DNA of 64,000 nucleotides. It comes from Candidatus Latescibacterota bacterium (GTDB lineage: Bacteria > Latescibacterota > UBA2968 > UBA8231). The first letter of the stretch is position 1; each line of letters begins with the position of its first letter. The notes under the pieces were generated by a model. It ran no database searches and was not told where the DNA came from. It saw nothing but the letters and a program-made list of their open reading frames with translations. The translations under genes were made by a program, and so were the position numbers. The stretch spans positions 4,384,001 through 4,448,000 of the forward strand of contig OZ220089.1 in NCBI GenBank assembly GCA_964291625.2, read 5' to 3'. Below, piece after piece: positions 55,219 to 64,000 of the stretch.

Positions 55219-56451
55219 TCACTGGGTGCGCTGGCTGAAGAAGTCGATCTGTTGCTGCGCGATGGAGCCCTCCTGGGTCAGGGCGAAGACGACGGCGTTG
55301 ATGCCGAACCTCAACTGCGGCTCGTTGCCGAAGTTTCGCGCCCACATGTGGACGTAACCCTTGTCGGAGTACACACCCACGAGCCGGTCGCCCAGGAACA
55401 CCCCTTCGAGATAGTAGGTCTGCTGGGCGAAGACGAGGTAGTCGCGCTCCCTCTGCTCGGTGAAGGTGGGGTTCTCCATCTCCGTGCCCACCGGGGGGCC
55501 GTCGAAGTCGTAGAAGGTGTGGTAGATGGGGTGGTTGTTGGAGATGGGCCGCAGCTGTCCCTCGGCCCCGAGGGCGTCCCGGAAGATGCGCCTGAGGGAG
55601 GCCTCTCCCTGGCTGAACTCGGTGAGGGGAGTGGCGTTGTCGACGAAGATGAACCCGCCCCGCCTCAGGTATTCTCCGAGGTTGCGCAGCTCCCGCTCCG
55701 TCAGCTCGAAGGCTTCCTCGGCCGTGACGTACACGAAGGGTGTGCGGAACAGCTCCTGGGAGTCGAGGAAGAGGTGGGCGTCGACCTTGGCGGTGATTCC
55801 CGTCTGGGCGTTGAGGGCGTCCACCAGGTTGGGGATGGCGCGGGCGGCGCTGTCGAATGTCGGCTCCAGGTCGTTGGCCCAGGCCGTTCCGAGGTAGACG
55901 AAGCCCTTGACGTTGCGACGGTCCGTCGGGTCCTGGATGATCAGGCCCTTGTACTTCCCCGTGTCGAGTGCGTTCAGGTCGATCAGCTCCTCGCGCATGG
56001 CGATGCGCTTGCCCGGCTCCTTGGTGCCCCGGATGGTGGCGGCGGAGAGCTCGATGGGCCCGGACTGGAGGTTGATCTGCACGTCCGTGTCGGGCGCGTA
56101 GTCGAAGGTCTGGACGGTGCCGAAGACGGAGGGCCCCGCAAGGCGTCGCGCCGATGGCAGTGACAACCGGGGGGTGAGGGCGGTGACCTGCTTGGTAAGG
56201 GCCCGGGGGCGGAGGCGCTGGCGCTTGAGGGTGAAGGACTTGGTCGATCGGGGCTTGCGGATGATGAGTCGGGCCACCGCCGGCGGCGGCGCCGCCCTCT
56301 CCTCCACCCTCAGCACGAGATACAGCAGGACGCCCGCCACGGCGGCGAAGCCGATGAGGAGCCCGCGGGCGGTGTAGGTGACCGTGTCGCGCCACAGACG
56401 TTGCAGGTCGAGGCCGTCACTGGGCGCGCTGAAGCGCCGCGAGTCAGCCAT
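55219..56451 (-). CDS. Membrane-anchored DUF4159-domain protein
   Basis: N-terminal TM and basic Pro-rich linker; PFVYV, ELRNLGEYLRRGGFIFVDN, HPIYHTFYDF and FGINAVVFALT motifs. Confidence 0.8.
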   Translation of the reverse strand: MADSRRFSAPSDGLDLQRLWRDTVTYTARGLLIGFAAVAGVLLYLVLRVEERAAPPPAVARLIIRKPRSTKSFTLKRQRLRPRALTKQVTALTPRLSLPSARRLAGPSVFGTVQTFDYAPDTDVQINLQSGPIELSAATIRGTKEPGKRIAMREELIDLNALDTGKYKGLIIQDPTDRRNVKGFVYLGTAWANDLEPTFDSAARAIPNLVDALNAQTGITAKVDAHLFLDSQELFRTPFVYVTAEEAFELTERELRNLGEYLRRGGFIFVDNATPLTEFSQGEASLRRIFRDALGAEGQLRPISNNHPIYHTFYDFDGPPVGTEMENPTFTEQRERDYLVFAQQTYYLEGVFLGDRLVGVYSDKGYVHMWARNFGNEPQLRFGINAVVFALTQEGSIAQQQIDFFSQRTQ

Positions 56452-56494
56452 GCTCACCACCTTGATGCGGGGTCGCCAGGATCATCCCCCGATT

Positions 56495-56881
56495 TCACTC
56501 CTGGACCACCAGGGTGTCGGCCTCGGACCGGGGGCCGAAGAAGCCTTGGGCATCGAAGGCCCACACCTGGACCAGGTACGAGAGGCCCGGACTGACGTCG
56601 AGCTCCTGATCGGAGTGGGCCCTCGCCGCCGGATCCTCCACGGACCGGGTGTGCTCGGCGCCGCTGGAGTCGGTGAAGCCGACGACGAAGCCCTGCACGT
56701 TGGCCTCGGATGCGATGGCCCAGGAGACGTGGATGGCGCCGTCCTCCACGGATGCGGCTACGTCGGAGGGCCTCGGCAGGAGGCCTTCGTGGTAGGCCGT
56801 GGGCAACTCGATGTCGTCGCTGCACCCCCAGGCGAGGATAGCGCCCGCCAGGGCGATGCACACACCCGCTCGCTTCAACAT
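56495..56881 (-). CDS. Small fibronectin type III-like lipoprotein
   Basis: Lipobox AWGC; PSDVAA...IHVSW...PGLSYLVQVWAFD...GPRS. Confidence 0.7.
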   Translation of the reverse strand: MLKRAGVCIALAGAILAWGCSDDIELPTAYHEGLLPRPSDVAASVEDGAIHVSWAIASEANVQGFVVGFTDSSGAEHTRSVEDPAARAHSDQELDVSPGLSYLVQVWAFDAQGFFGPRSEADTLVVQE

Positions 56882-56906
56882 GAGGACTCCCTTCTCCCTT
56901 CCGGCA

Positions 56907-57464
56907 TCAGAAGCGGGTCACCAGGGCCAGGCCCGTCCGCTCCGGAGTGGCCGTCGGCACCAGCCCGACGCGCCCGCCGCCGGGCGGCTCCAGCCCCCCG
57001 AGGAGCAGGGCATCCACGAGGTTGTATCCGTAGACGCCGATGGCGACAACCCCGAAGAGCCGCCGCCGCAGATGGGATCCGTCGGCATCCTCCCTGAGCT
57101 GGTTCAGGCGCTGCCAGCTTTCCTCCGCCCCCTCGTAGGTCCCGCCCTCGCGGATCGACAGGTAGAGCGCCTTCTCCACGTCGATCTGCTCGGACTGGGT
57201 CTTGTAGTCGGCGTGCGATGTCAGCCAGACCACGAGGCCGAGGATCTCGGCGGCCACGAGAGCCGTGCCCTTCCCGCGGTGCCCCGTGGCAAGGTGACCG
57301 AGACCCGGAAAGGCCACGGCGAGGGCGACGGCCTGGTTTCTGGAGGCGTATTGCTCGCGTACCTGGAACCTCTCTTCCGGAGTCTGGCCCGGGGCCAGGT
57401 CGGCGGTCATCAGGGTCCCGGCGAGGACCAGCAGCAAGAGACGGCGGTAATCTATCGAAACCAT
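56907..57464 (-). CDS. DUF5683-like envelope protein
   Basis: AVALAVAFPGLGHL..G...KG and YGYNLVDA motifs; C-terminal Phe. Confidence 0.6.
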   Translation of the reverse strand: MVSIDYRRLLLLVLAGTLMTADLAPGQTPEERFQVREQYASRNQAVALAVAFPGLGHLATGHRGKGTALVAAEILGLVVWLTSHADYKTQSEQIDVEKALYLSIREGGTYEGAEESWQRLNQLREDADGSHLRRRLFGVVAIGVYGYNLVDALLLGGLEPPGGGRVGLVPTATPERTGLALVTRF

Positions 57465-57488
57465 GGGGACCTCACGAATTGGAGTTGC

Positions 57489-60400
57489 TCACAGCCGCGC
57501 GCTCACGATCCAGTCCCGGTGGGCCTTGGCGAACTGGAAGGCGTCCCGGGTGGCTCGCTCCTCCTCGAACATGCCGATGACCCGGTCGTAGGCCCCGACG
57601 GCGTCCTGCCACCTTCCGAGTTCCTCCAGGCAGACGCCCATGTTGCTCAGGGCGCCGATCTCGCTCTCCGTGCCCGGGTACCTGGCGATGACGTCCTGGA
57701 ACACCTCGATCGCCTGCCGGTAGTACTCGCTCTGTCCGCCGGCATCGGCCGAGTCCATCAGGGCGATCCCCTGCTCGTAACGCTCGTAGGCGATCGCCTC
57801 CTTGAGCTCGGCCACGAGCCGGGGCACCTCCGATGTGATCTCGGCGGAGGGATAGCGCTGCTGGACGAGGAGGTAGGCCTCCATGGCCTCCTGGTAGCGG
57901 CCGAGGTTGTAGGCGTGGTCCCCGAAGGTGAACTGGGCCGAGGCGGCGTACTCGCTGCCGGGGAAGCGGTCGAGAAGCCGGCGGAAGCTGGCCATGGCCT
58001 CATCCTGCCTGTCCAGCTCGATGAGGCACCAGGCCATGTTGTACTGGGAATCGTCGGCCGTCGTCTCTTCCGGGAACTCGTCGATGAGCCGCCTGTAGTG
58101 TCCGATGGCCTGGTCGAAGTCGCCGAGCTGGTAGTTGCTCTCGGCCACGCCGAAGAGGATGTCCGGCAGCTCGCGGGCCTCCGGATGGCCGGCCAGGAGC
58201 TGCTGGAAGAGGGTGCGGGCCTCCTCGAACTCCCTCAGGCTGTAGTGGGTGTTGGCCAGGTAGAAGGAGACGAGGAGGGCCTGCTCCCGGGTCATGTCGG
58301 CCCCCGAGAGGTCCTGGAAGAGGGCCTTGGCCTCGTCGAGCTCTCCCTCGGCGAAGTGGAAGGCGCCCAGGGTCAGGCGGATGTCCAGGGCGAAGGGCGA
58401 GGTCGGATGGACGCGCAGGGCCTCGCGGAAGGTGCGCACCGCTTCGGAGCCGCGGTTGAGCCGCATGAGGGCGTCCCCGAGGAGGAAGTAGGCCTTCTCC
58501 TTGGTGCCGTAACCTCCGCGGGCGACGGCGGTGTCGTCGAAGTCGAGGGCGATGAGGCGCCTGGCGGCCGCGATCGTCTGGGGGTAGCTCTCCTCCTCGT
58601 AGTAGAGGTCGAGCATGCGGTTCAGCAGGTCGGCGCGCTGCTCAGCCGTGGGGGCGGCGGCTACCATCTCCTCGAGGATCCGGACCGCGTCCGTCCCCCG
58701 GTCCCGCCTCACGTAGGAGAAGGCGAGGGCGTCCTGGGCGTAGCGCACCTTTTCGGGATCGGCCACGTTGGCCACCACCCACAGGAGGTCCTCCTCCCCT
58801 TGGGCGAGGTCCCCGGCGGCCAGGGCCGCGCTGCCCCGGTTGAGGCGGAGGGCCTCCACCAGCCGAGGGGCCGCGGGCCTGGCGAGGGCCTCGGTGAAGT
58901 GGGTGACCGCCCGGGCGTGCTCGCCCTCGCCGTTGTAGGCCTGTCCGAGCAGGTAGTGGAGGCTGCCCTGCTGAGCCGGGTCCTCGGCCGGGGCCAGTCC
59001 CGCCAGGAGCACGGGGATCGCCTCGGCGTAGCGCCGCTGGGCGAGCAGGACGTGGCCGGCGCCGGTCCGGCTGCGGACGAAGAAGGGGGAGTCCGGGGCG
59101 ACCTGGAGGAAGGCCTCGGCCGCCGGTTCCAGTTGCTCGGAGGCCTGGTGGGCCAGACCGATGCGCATGTGCGCCTCGTCGGCGAAGTCGGTCTCGGGGA
59201 ACTGGCTGAGGAGCTGCCGGCTGCGCTCCACCGCCCCCCCGAAGTCGCCGAAGTCGAAGAGCAGTTCGGCGAGCTGTCCGAGGGACCGCTGCACGTAGAG
59301 CTCGTCGCCGGCGTCACCGATGATCGCCTCGAACTCGCCGCGGGCTCTCGCCATGGCCTCCGGCGTGCCAAGGGCCTGGAAGGCGACGGCGCGGTTGAAC
59401 TGCGAGTCGAGGAAGTAGGGGGAACCCGGATCCGCGCACAGGGTGTCGTACTGGGCGATGGCGAGGTTCAGCCACGAGGCCGCCGCCGGCGCGTCTCCCG
59501 ACTGCAGGTGCGGCTGGGCCAGCTGCTGGTAGCCGCTGCCCACGCGGTAGCGCACCCGGCCCTCGCCGAAGCCGGCGCTCCGGGCGATGTCGCCGTACCC
59601 CTGCAGGTAGATGCGGTACTCCTGGATCGCCCGCTCGTAGTCCCCCTGGCCGAAGAGGCGCTCGGCGAGGGCGTACTGGATCCTCGCCCTCAGGGTGCGG
59701 TCCTGGGACTCGTCGATGGCCTCGCGGTAGGTGCGCAGGGCCGCCGCCTCGTCGCCACGGGCCTGGTGCAGGTCGGCCATGCGCAGGTAGGCTTCCTCCA
59801 CCAGTTGGCGCTCGGTGCTGAAGAGGGAGATCACGCGCTGGTAGGCCGCCAATCCTTCGTCGAAGCGGCCGAGGCTCGTGAAGCAGGTGCCCACCCGGAT
59901 CTCCGCCTTGGCCGCCAGCTCCAGGGCGGTTTCGTCCACGAGGCCGGCGAGCTTCTCGCGCTTCATCTGCAGCAGCTCTTCGTCGGTCAGCTCCCCGATG
60001 CGCTGGCGCTCCACGAGGCGGCGGTAGGCCTCGATCGCCTCCTCGAACTCCCCCCGCTCGCGGTGGCACTCGCCGATCTGGAAGAGGCTGCGGTCGGCGC
60101 GGTAGCCGCTGGTGAACCGGGACAACAGGGCCTGGAAGGACTCGATGGCGCGGGCGAACCGCCTGGTTTCGTAGTAGGCCCATCCGGTGTTGTAGTAGGC
60201 GACGATGACGTGGGGGTCACCGGGGTGGGCGGCGATCATCTCGCGGGAAGCGATGATGACGTCCGGATAGGCCTCGGCGCTGAAATGGAGATCGATGAGG
60301 CGGCCGTGGGCCTGCACCGTGAGGACCTCGTTGCCGCCGCTGGCGATGACCCGGCGGAAGGCGGCGACGGCCCGGTCGAAGGAGGTGTCCGCCAGGGCGC

Positions 60401-60737
60401 GGTACTCGGCCCTTCGGGCGGCGTTGCGCGCTTCTTCCGCGAACCGGTCGTACTCCTCGTAGAGCTTGGAGTAGGCGTTCCCGATCTGGTAGGCGGCGGC
60501 CTCCTGGAGGGGGAAGCTCTCCTCGCCAACGACCACCTGCACCTGGTCCACGGCCAGCACCCGGCTGCGCACGCGGGAGACGTCGGTGTACTCGTCGATG
60601 GCCTGGTCGTAGGCGCCCTCCGCGTAGAACCGCTGGGCCTCCTGGAAGGAGCTGACCAGCTCGCCCTCGGTGGGAGTGCGGGTGGCCAGGTAGGTGCCGG
60701 CGGCGGCCAGCAGACTGAGGAACAGGGTCAGGCCCAT
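57489..60737 (-). CDS. Large (1082 aa) TPR protein, BamD/YbgF-type repeats
   Basis: N-terminal hydrophobic signal/anchor; many A..F..LL..FP.S..A..A TPR pairs throughout. Confidence 0.88.
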   Translation of the reverse strand: MGLTLFLSLLAAAGTYLATRTPTEGELVSSFQEAQRFYAEGAYDQAIDEYTDVSRVRSRVLAVDQVQVVVGEESFPLQEAAAYQIGNAYSKLYEEYDRFAEEARNAARRAEYRALADTSFDRAVAAFRRVIASGGNEVLTVQAHGRLIDLHFSAEAYPDVIIASREMIAAHPGDPHVIVAYYNTGWAYYETRRFARAIESFQALLSRFTSGYRADRSLFQIGECHRERGEFEEAIEAYRRLVERQRIGELTDEELLQMKREKLAGLVDETALELAAKAEIRVGTCFTSLGRFDEGLAAYQRVISLFSTERQLVEEAYLRMADLHQARGDEAAALRTYREAIDESQDRTLRARIQYALAERLFGQGDYERAIQEYRIYLQGYGDIARSAGFGEGRVRYRVGSGYQQLAQPHLQSGDAPAAASWLNLAIAQYDTLCADPGSPYFLDSQFNRAVAFQALGTPEAMARARGEFEAIIGDAGDELYVQRSLGQLAELLFDFGDFGGAVERSRQLLSQFPETDFADEAHMRIGLAHQASEQLEPAAEAFLQVAPDSPFFVRSRTGAGHVLLAQRRYAEAIPVLLAGLAPAEDPAQQGSLHYLLGQAYNGEGEHARAVTHFTEALARPAAPRLVEALRLNRGSAALAAGDLAQGEEDLLWVVANVADPEKVRYAQDALAFSYVRRDRGTDAVRILEEMVAAAPTAEQRADLLNRMLDLYYEEESYPQTIAAARRLIALDFDDTAVARGGYGTKEKAYFLLGDALMRLNRGSEAVRTFREALRVHPTSPFALDIRLTLGAFHFAEGELDEAKALFQDLSGADMTREQALLVSFYLANTHYSLREFEEARTLFQQLLAGHPEARELPDILFGVAESNYQLGDFDQAIGHYRRLIDEFPEETTADDSQYNMAWCLIELDRQDEAMASFRRLLDRFPGSEYAASAQFTFGDHAYNLGRYQEAMEAYLLVQQRYPSAEITSEVPRLVAELKEAIAYERYEQGIALMDSADAGGQSEYYRQAIEVFQDVIARYPGTESEIGALSNMGVCLEELGRWQDAVGAYDRVIGMFEEERATRDAFQFAKAHRDWIVSARL

Positions 60738-60739
60738 CC

Positions 60740-63700
60740 TTAGTAGGTCTCCTCCTCGAAGCCGAGGATCACGTTGATGAAGACCGCCGTGAACTTCTCG
60801 TCCTTGACCTGTGCCACCGCCGGCTCGTCGAAGACCCGGTTCCTGCGGCTGAGGCCGGCGTTGGTGGAGAGGATGTAGCCGAAGTACTTGGAGTTGTTCG
60901 TCAGCATGAGCACGTAGTCATACTGCTCGAAGTCGTTCTCGGGCTGCGCCAGGTCGACCACCGAGTAGGGCAGGAGGCTGCCCAGGCCCTCCACCCCGAA
61001 CTGAAGGCGGGTCCTCAGGGTAAGGTCGTAGTTGAGCTTGAGGATGGGGATGATATGGCGCTCGTGCTGCGTGGTCACATCTCCCGTCTGCCACTCCCGC
61101 AGGAAGCGGTACTTGAGCCCCGAGAACAGGCTGAGCTTGGGCCGGATCGGCCACAGGTAGTCCAGCCGGTGCACCATGGCCCACCTCGACAGGGTCCGGC
61201 CCTCCTGCAGGGTACCGTCGTAGAGCTCTCCGTCGTGCTGCTGGTTGATCTCGTACTTGACCTTGTTGTGGAGGTTGAGGCCGGGAAGGGTCGTCCAGCG
61301 CGCGTCGACGAAGAAACGCGAGTAGGTGCTGTTCTTGAACAGCAGGGGATCCTCCCGCGGCACCTCGAGGAAGGGGGAGATGCGGATGTTGCGCTGGAAT
61401 CCGCCGAACTCCCGCCGGAGTTGCTCCGCCGCCGTCAGGACCTCGTCGCTGTAGACGCTGAGGGGATCCTCGACGCCGTCCCGTACGCGCTCGGTGAACA
61501 AGGCGCCCTTGAAGCGGCCCAGGCTCGGGATCCGGCGCTCGTAACCGAGTCGGGCGTACAGCGACTCGTTCGGGTCGCCGGCGGCGATCTGCTCGGCGTC
61601 GAGCAGGCCCAGGGTCATCTGCGCGCCGGTAATCGGCTTGAAGGTCCCGTAGACGTGCCGCCCCCGCAGCCCCGGGTCGTAGGGCAGATCCGGCTGCAGG
61701 TCGTTCTCTCTCGCGTCGATATAGTCGTTGTGGTTGAGGTCCGCACCGTAGTCGAAGATCTGCGGGTCCACGTCGTAGGTCAGGAAGGGCTCGAGGTAGT
61801 CCGGCGTGGCGTCGAAGTCCCGGTTGGTGTCCGGCACCCCGTCGTTGTCCTCGTCGAGGCCGGGGAAGACGCCGTCCAGGTCCGACTGGCCGTTCCAGAT
61901 GAAGGGCCGGTTGGTGTACCACGTGTCCGGGTAGCGGTCGTTGTCGTCGTTGTCCTCCACCAGCCGGTGCAGGTAGGTGTTGTTGTAGACCACGGGGTTG
62001 CCGAAGTTGACCTCGCTCCGGCCGATGTGGGAGCGCAGCTCGGTGTTGAAGTGGGCCCCCATGGAGAACACCTCTCCGCCCACGCCGAACCTCCGGAAGT
62101 CGCGCTTGACGGTCAGGTAGTACGCGTTGTCGTCGATGCTGGAGTGCGCCCCCGGGTTCTCCTCCCGGCGCAGGGCGTTCACCGTCTGCCCGCCGTCGGA
62201 GGGGTAGACCCGCGGTCCCGGGATCCCGCTGGCGTACTGGTAATAGCTGTTGCTGCGGCTGAACTCCCCGTCGATCTCGAAGCCCTTGAAGACGCCGTAC
62301 ACGTTGGCGCTGTAGAGGCTCAGTCCGGTGGACGCCCCCACCTTCACGCGCACCTTCTCGATGTTGTCGCTGCGCGAGTTCCCCGGCGCCGAGGCGACGG
62401 TGCGGAAGAAGCTGGCGTAGTTGTAGCGCTCCCGCGGGTTCATGAAGAACAGGTCATCCGGCTTGCCGGCCAGATCGATCTCCGAGACCTCCACGTGGTA
62501 ATCCCGGGACAGCTCCAGGTCGATGTCGACGGAGTTGATCTGCTCCTGGAAGGGCTCCAGATCGACGTAGAGGATGGCGTACTCCTCGCCGTCGAAGGCT
62601 TGTGGCAGGTCGGACTCGGTGATCAGGGCAAAAGCGCCGTCGGGCTCTGCGAGCTCGTGAGCGAACTGGTTGTGGACCGTAACGCCTTCCTCGTACTCGT
62701 GGTCCGGGCCGTAGCGCGCGAAGTCCCGGAAGTAGAGGTGGTCGATGAAGTAGGGATGCTCATAGCCCCGGTAGTAGGCGTCGGTGTCGAAGGCGGCGTA
62801 GTTGATGTACACGGCGAAGCTGTTGAAGACCGCCCCCTTGTTGATCGTCTGGTAGTCGGGCTCCAGGGGCCTGCGGCGCTCGTTGTCCTTGCCTTCGTCG
62901 AGGAGGCCGGCCACGTACGTGGTCCGGCCGGCGCCGCGCTGGTTGAGACGGAGGACGAAGACGTCGGCCTCCGGACGCAGCTCGCCGTTGACGTAGACCT
63001 TGAAGCCGTGGAACACCGGACCGTCCCGGCCGTCCTGGGGCGAGCCGTCGGAGATGCGGACGGCCACCATCGCCGTGGGACGCTGGATGTTGCCCACCGA
63101 CCCCTTGAGGGACTGGTGGCGGTTCGACATCTGGTGCTCGAACTGATGGGCGTTGACGAAGCTGGTGCCGAAGTTGAGGAAGCCCACCTTGCGCTCGTAG
63201 TGGGCGCCCACCATGGTGGTGGGCACGATGAAGCCGCCGCCGGTGGGCGTCAGGTTGGAGAACAGGGCCGAGAACTTGTCGTGCTCGGTGCCCACGTCGA
63301 GGCGCAGGCCATCGACGTTGGACATCTTGAAGGTCAGGGGCGTGAACTTCGAGCGCAGCTCGTTGGCGTAGATCGCCCGGGCCTGCCAGGAGTCGGTGCC
63401 GTCGGAGCCGACCATGACATAGTTGAAGAGGTTGGCGAAGCTGCCGCCGGGGGGCGCGTAGTCGGTGCCGCCCCGGCCGGTCCCGTGGGATCCGCCCTCG
63501 CTGACGGAGCTGTAGCCCCGGGAGGTGCCCAGGCCCCGTGACTCGACCCAGCGGATCGACTGGGTGCCGTAGACCAGGGGGTCCCCAAGGAGGTTGTAGC
63601 GGTGGCTCAGGTTGCTGGTGGCCACCGGGCGCCGGGAGTAGTCCTCGAACCCGTAGTTCCGGTAGTCCTGCCGGCCGATGCGGCCGATGAAGGGCTGGTC

Positions 63701-63817
63701 CGGCAGGATGCGCACCGGGCCCAGGGCCGGGTGTTCGGGCCGGTCTTCCTCCTCCTCCTGGGCCGTCACCGGAAGGGAGACCAGCAGCATCAGGCCGAAG
63801 ATCAGCCACAACCTCAT
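60740..63817 (-). CDS. Large secreted/outer-membrane protein with Asp-rich core (paralog Y)
   Basis: Signal peptide from ATG 63817; LVEDNDDNDRYPD...VFPGLDEDND...PDYLEPFL...DLNHN...ENDLQPDLPY, matching paralog X. Confidence 0.7.
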   Translation of the reverse strand: MRLWLIFGLMLLVSLPVTAQEEEEDRPEHPALGPVRILPDQPFIGRIGRQDYRNYGFEDYSRRPVATSNLSHRYNLLGDPLVYGTQSIRWVESRGLGTSRGYSSVSEGGSHGTGRGGTDYAPPGGSFANLFNYVMVGSDGTDSWQARAIYANELRSKFTPLTFKMSNVDGLRLDVGTEHDKFSALFSNLTPTGGGFIVPTTMVGAHYERKVGFLNFGTSFVNAHQFEHQMSNRHQSLKGSVGNIQRPTAMVAVRISDGSPQDGRDGPVFHGFKVYVNGELRPEADVFVLRLNQRGAGRTTYVAGLLDEGKDNERRRPLEPDYQTINKGAVFNSFAVYINYAAFDTDAYYRGYEHPYFIDHLYFRDFARYGPDHEYEEGVTVHNQFAHELAEPDGAFALITESDLPQAFDGEEYAILYVDLEPFQEQINSVDIDLELSRDYHVEVSEIDLAGKPDDLFFMNPRERYNYASFFRTVASAPGNSRSDNIEKVRVKVGASTGLSLYSANVYGVFKGFEIDGEFSRSNSYYQYASGIPGPRVYPSDGGQTVNALRREENPGAHSSIDDNAYYLTVKRDFRRFGVGGEVFSMGAHFNTELRSHIGRSEVNFGNPVVYNNTYLHRLVEDNDDNDRYPDTWYTNRPFIWNGQSDLDGVFPGLDEDNDGVPDTNRDFDATPDYLEPFLTYDVDPQIFDYGADLNHNDYIDARENDLQPDLPYDPGLRGRHVYGTFKPITGAQMTLGLLDAEQIAAGDPNESLYARLGYERRIPSLGRFKGALFTERVRDGVEDPLSVYSDEVLTAAEQLRREFGGFQRNIRISPFLEVPREDPLLFKNSTYSRFFVDARWTTLPGLNLHNKVKYEINQQHDGELYDGTLQEGRTLSRWAMVHRLDYLWPIRPKLSLFSGLKYRFLREWQTGDVTTQHERHIIPILKLNYDLTLRTRLQFGVEGLGSLLPYSVVDLAQPENDFEQYDYVLMLTNNSKYFGYILSTNAGLSRRNRVFDEPAVAQVKDEKFTAVFINVILGFEEETY

Positions 63818-63902
63818 GCCGGCCTCCTCGGCCTGACGCCGGCCTCGGACCGCGCGGCGGCGCTCCCATCTGCCCGCCATGTCGGTGATCGCTCTCATGG
63901 GA

Positions 63903-64000
63903 TCAGAACTGGGGCCTCAGGCCGACGATGACGCGCAGGAAGAGACGGGAGAGATCGATGTCCTGATCGCCGCGGGTCTCGTCCAGGAAGGTCCGGAGGC
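63903..64000 (-). CDS. C-terminus of an upstream gene, probably a third paralog of the X/Y family (partial)
   Basis: Hand translation LRTFLDETRGDQDIDLSRLFLRVIVGLRPQF*, resembling the X/Y termini (SIFISAYAG, AVFINVILG). Not in the ORF track. Confidence 0.5.
   Translation of the reverse strand, partial: LRTFLDETRGDQDIDLSRLFLRVIVGLRPQF

Noticed and set aside
56799-60743. 1314-aa plus-strand ORF and many other long antisense or alternate-frame ORFs (e.g. 7829-10363, 50252-52834, 61055-63541)
   Set aside because: They shadow well-supported genes, have no motifs, and are expected from stop-codon scarcity in high-GC DNA.
40372-63817. Canonical TonB-dependent receptor / SusCD or standard T9SS core
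   Set aside because: No TonB box/plug motifs, SusD, GldKLMN or SprA-sized protein recognisable by eye; remote homology is not excluded.

Overview
High-GC bacterial DNA, very densely coding. I found no rRNA, tRNA, CRISPR array or mobile element. The gene content suggests an FCB-group lineage such as Ca. Latescibacterota (inference from the FlgD-Ig/PNGD tails, SWGxIK tail, DUF4159, CRTAC1 and PhyH-HEAT proteins). There are four blocks. (1) 1-1.8 kb: start of an Mrp/Mnh cation/H+ antiporter operon (mnhE-F-G-DUF4040/B-B, minus strand). (2) 2-15.5 kb: orphan catabolic enzymes (two atypical enolase-superfamily paralogs, C45 Ntn-hydrolase, PhyH-HEAT, CehA/McbA metallohydrolase, amidohydrolase, TIM-barrel epimerase, Ldh_2, acetamidase) plus a DUF2341/LamG protein carrying a 7-repeat propeller insert. 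(3) 15.5-26.5 kb: a convergent Wzx/Wzy-type polysaccharide locus. (4) 26.7-64 kb: a large cell-envelope cluster, the most interesting part. It encodes an ExbB + 2 ExbD motor with no recognisable TonB, a membrane-anchored DUF4159 protein, a CsgG/FlgT-like protein, large TPR proteins, a PPIase, two paralogous lipoproteins, two complete and probably a third partial paralog of a large outer-membrane-like protein with an Asp-rich core, three paralogous secreted discoidin/FlgD-Ig proteins, two CRTAC1-like proteins and a GT-C/TPR protein. I propose this is a candidate uncharacterised PMF-driven trans-envelope secretion or surface-display machine. All family calls are motif recognition by eye; no searches were run.
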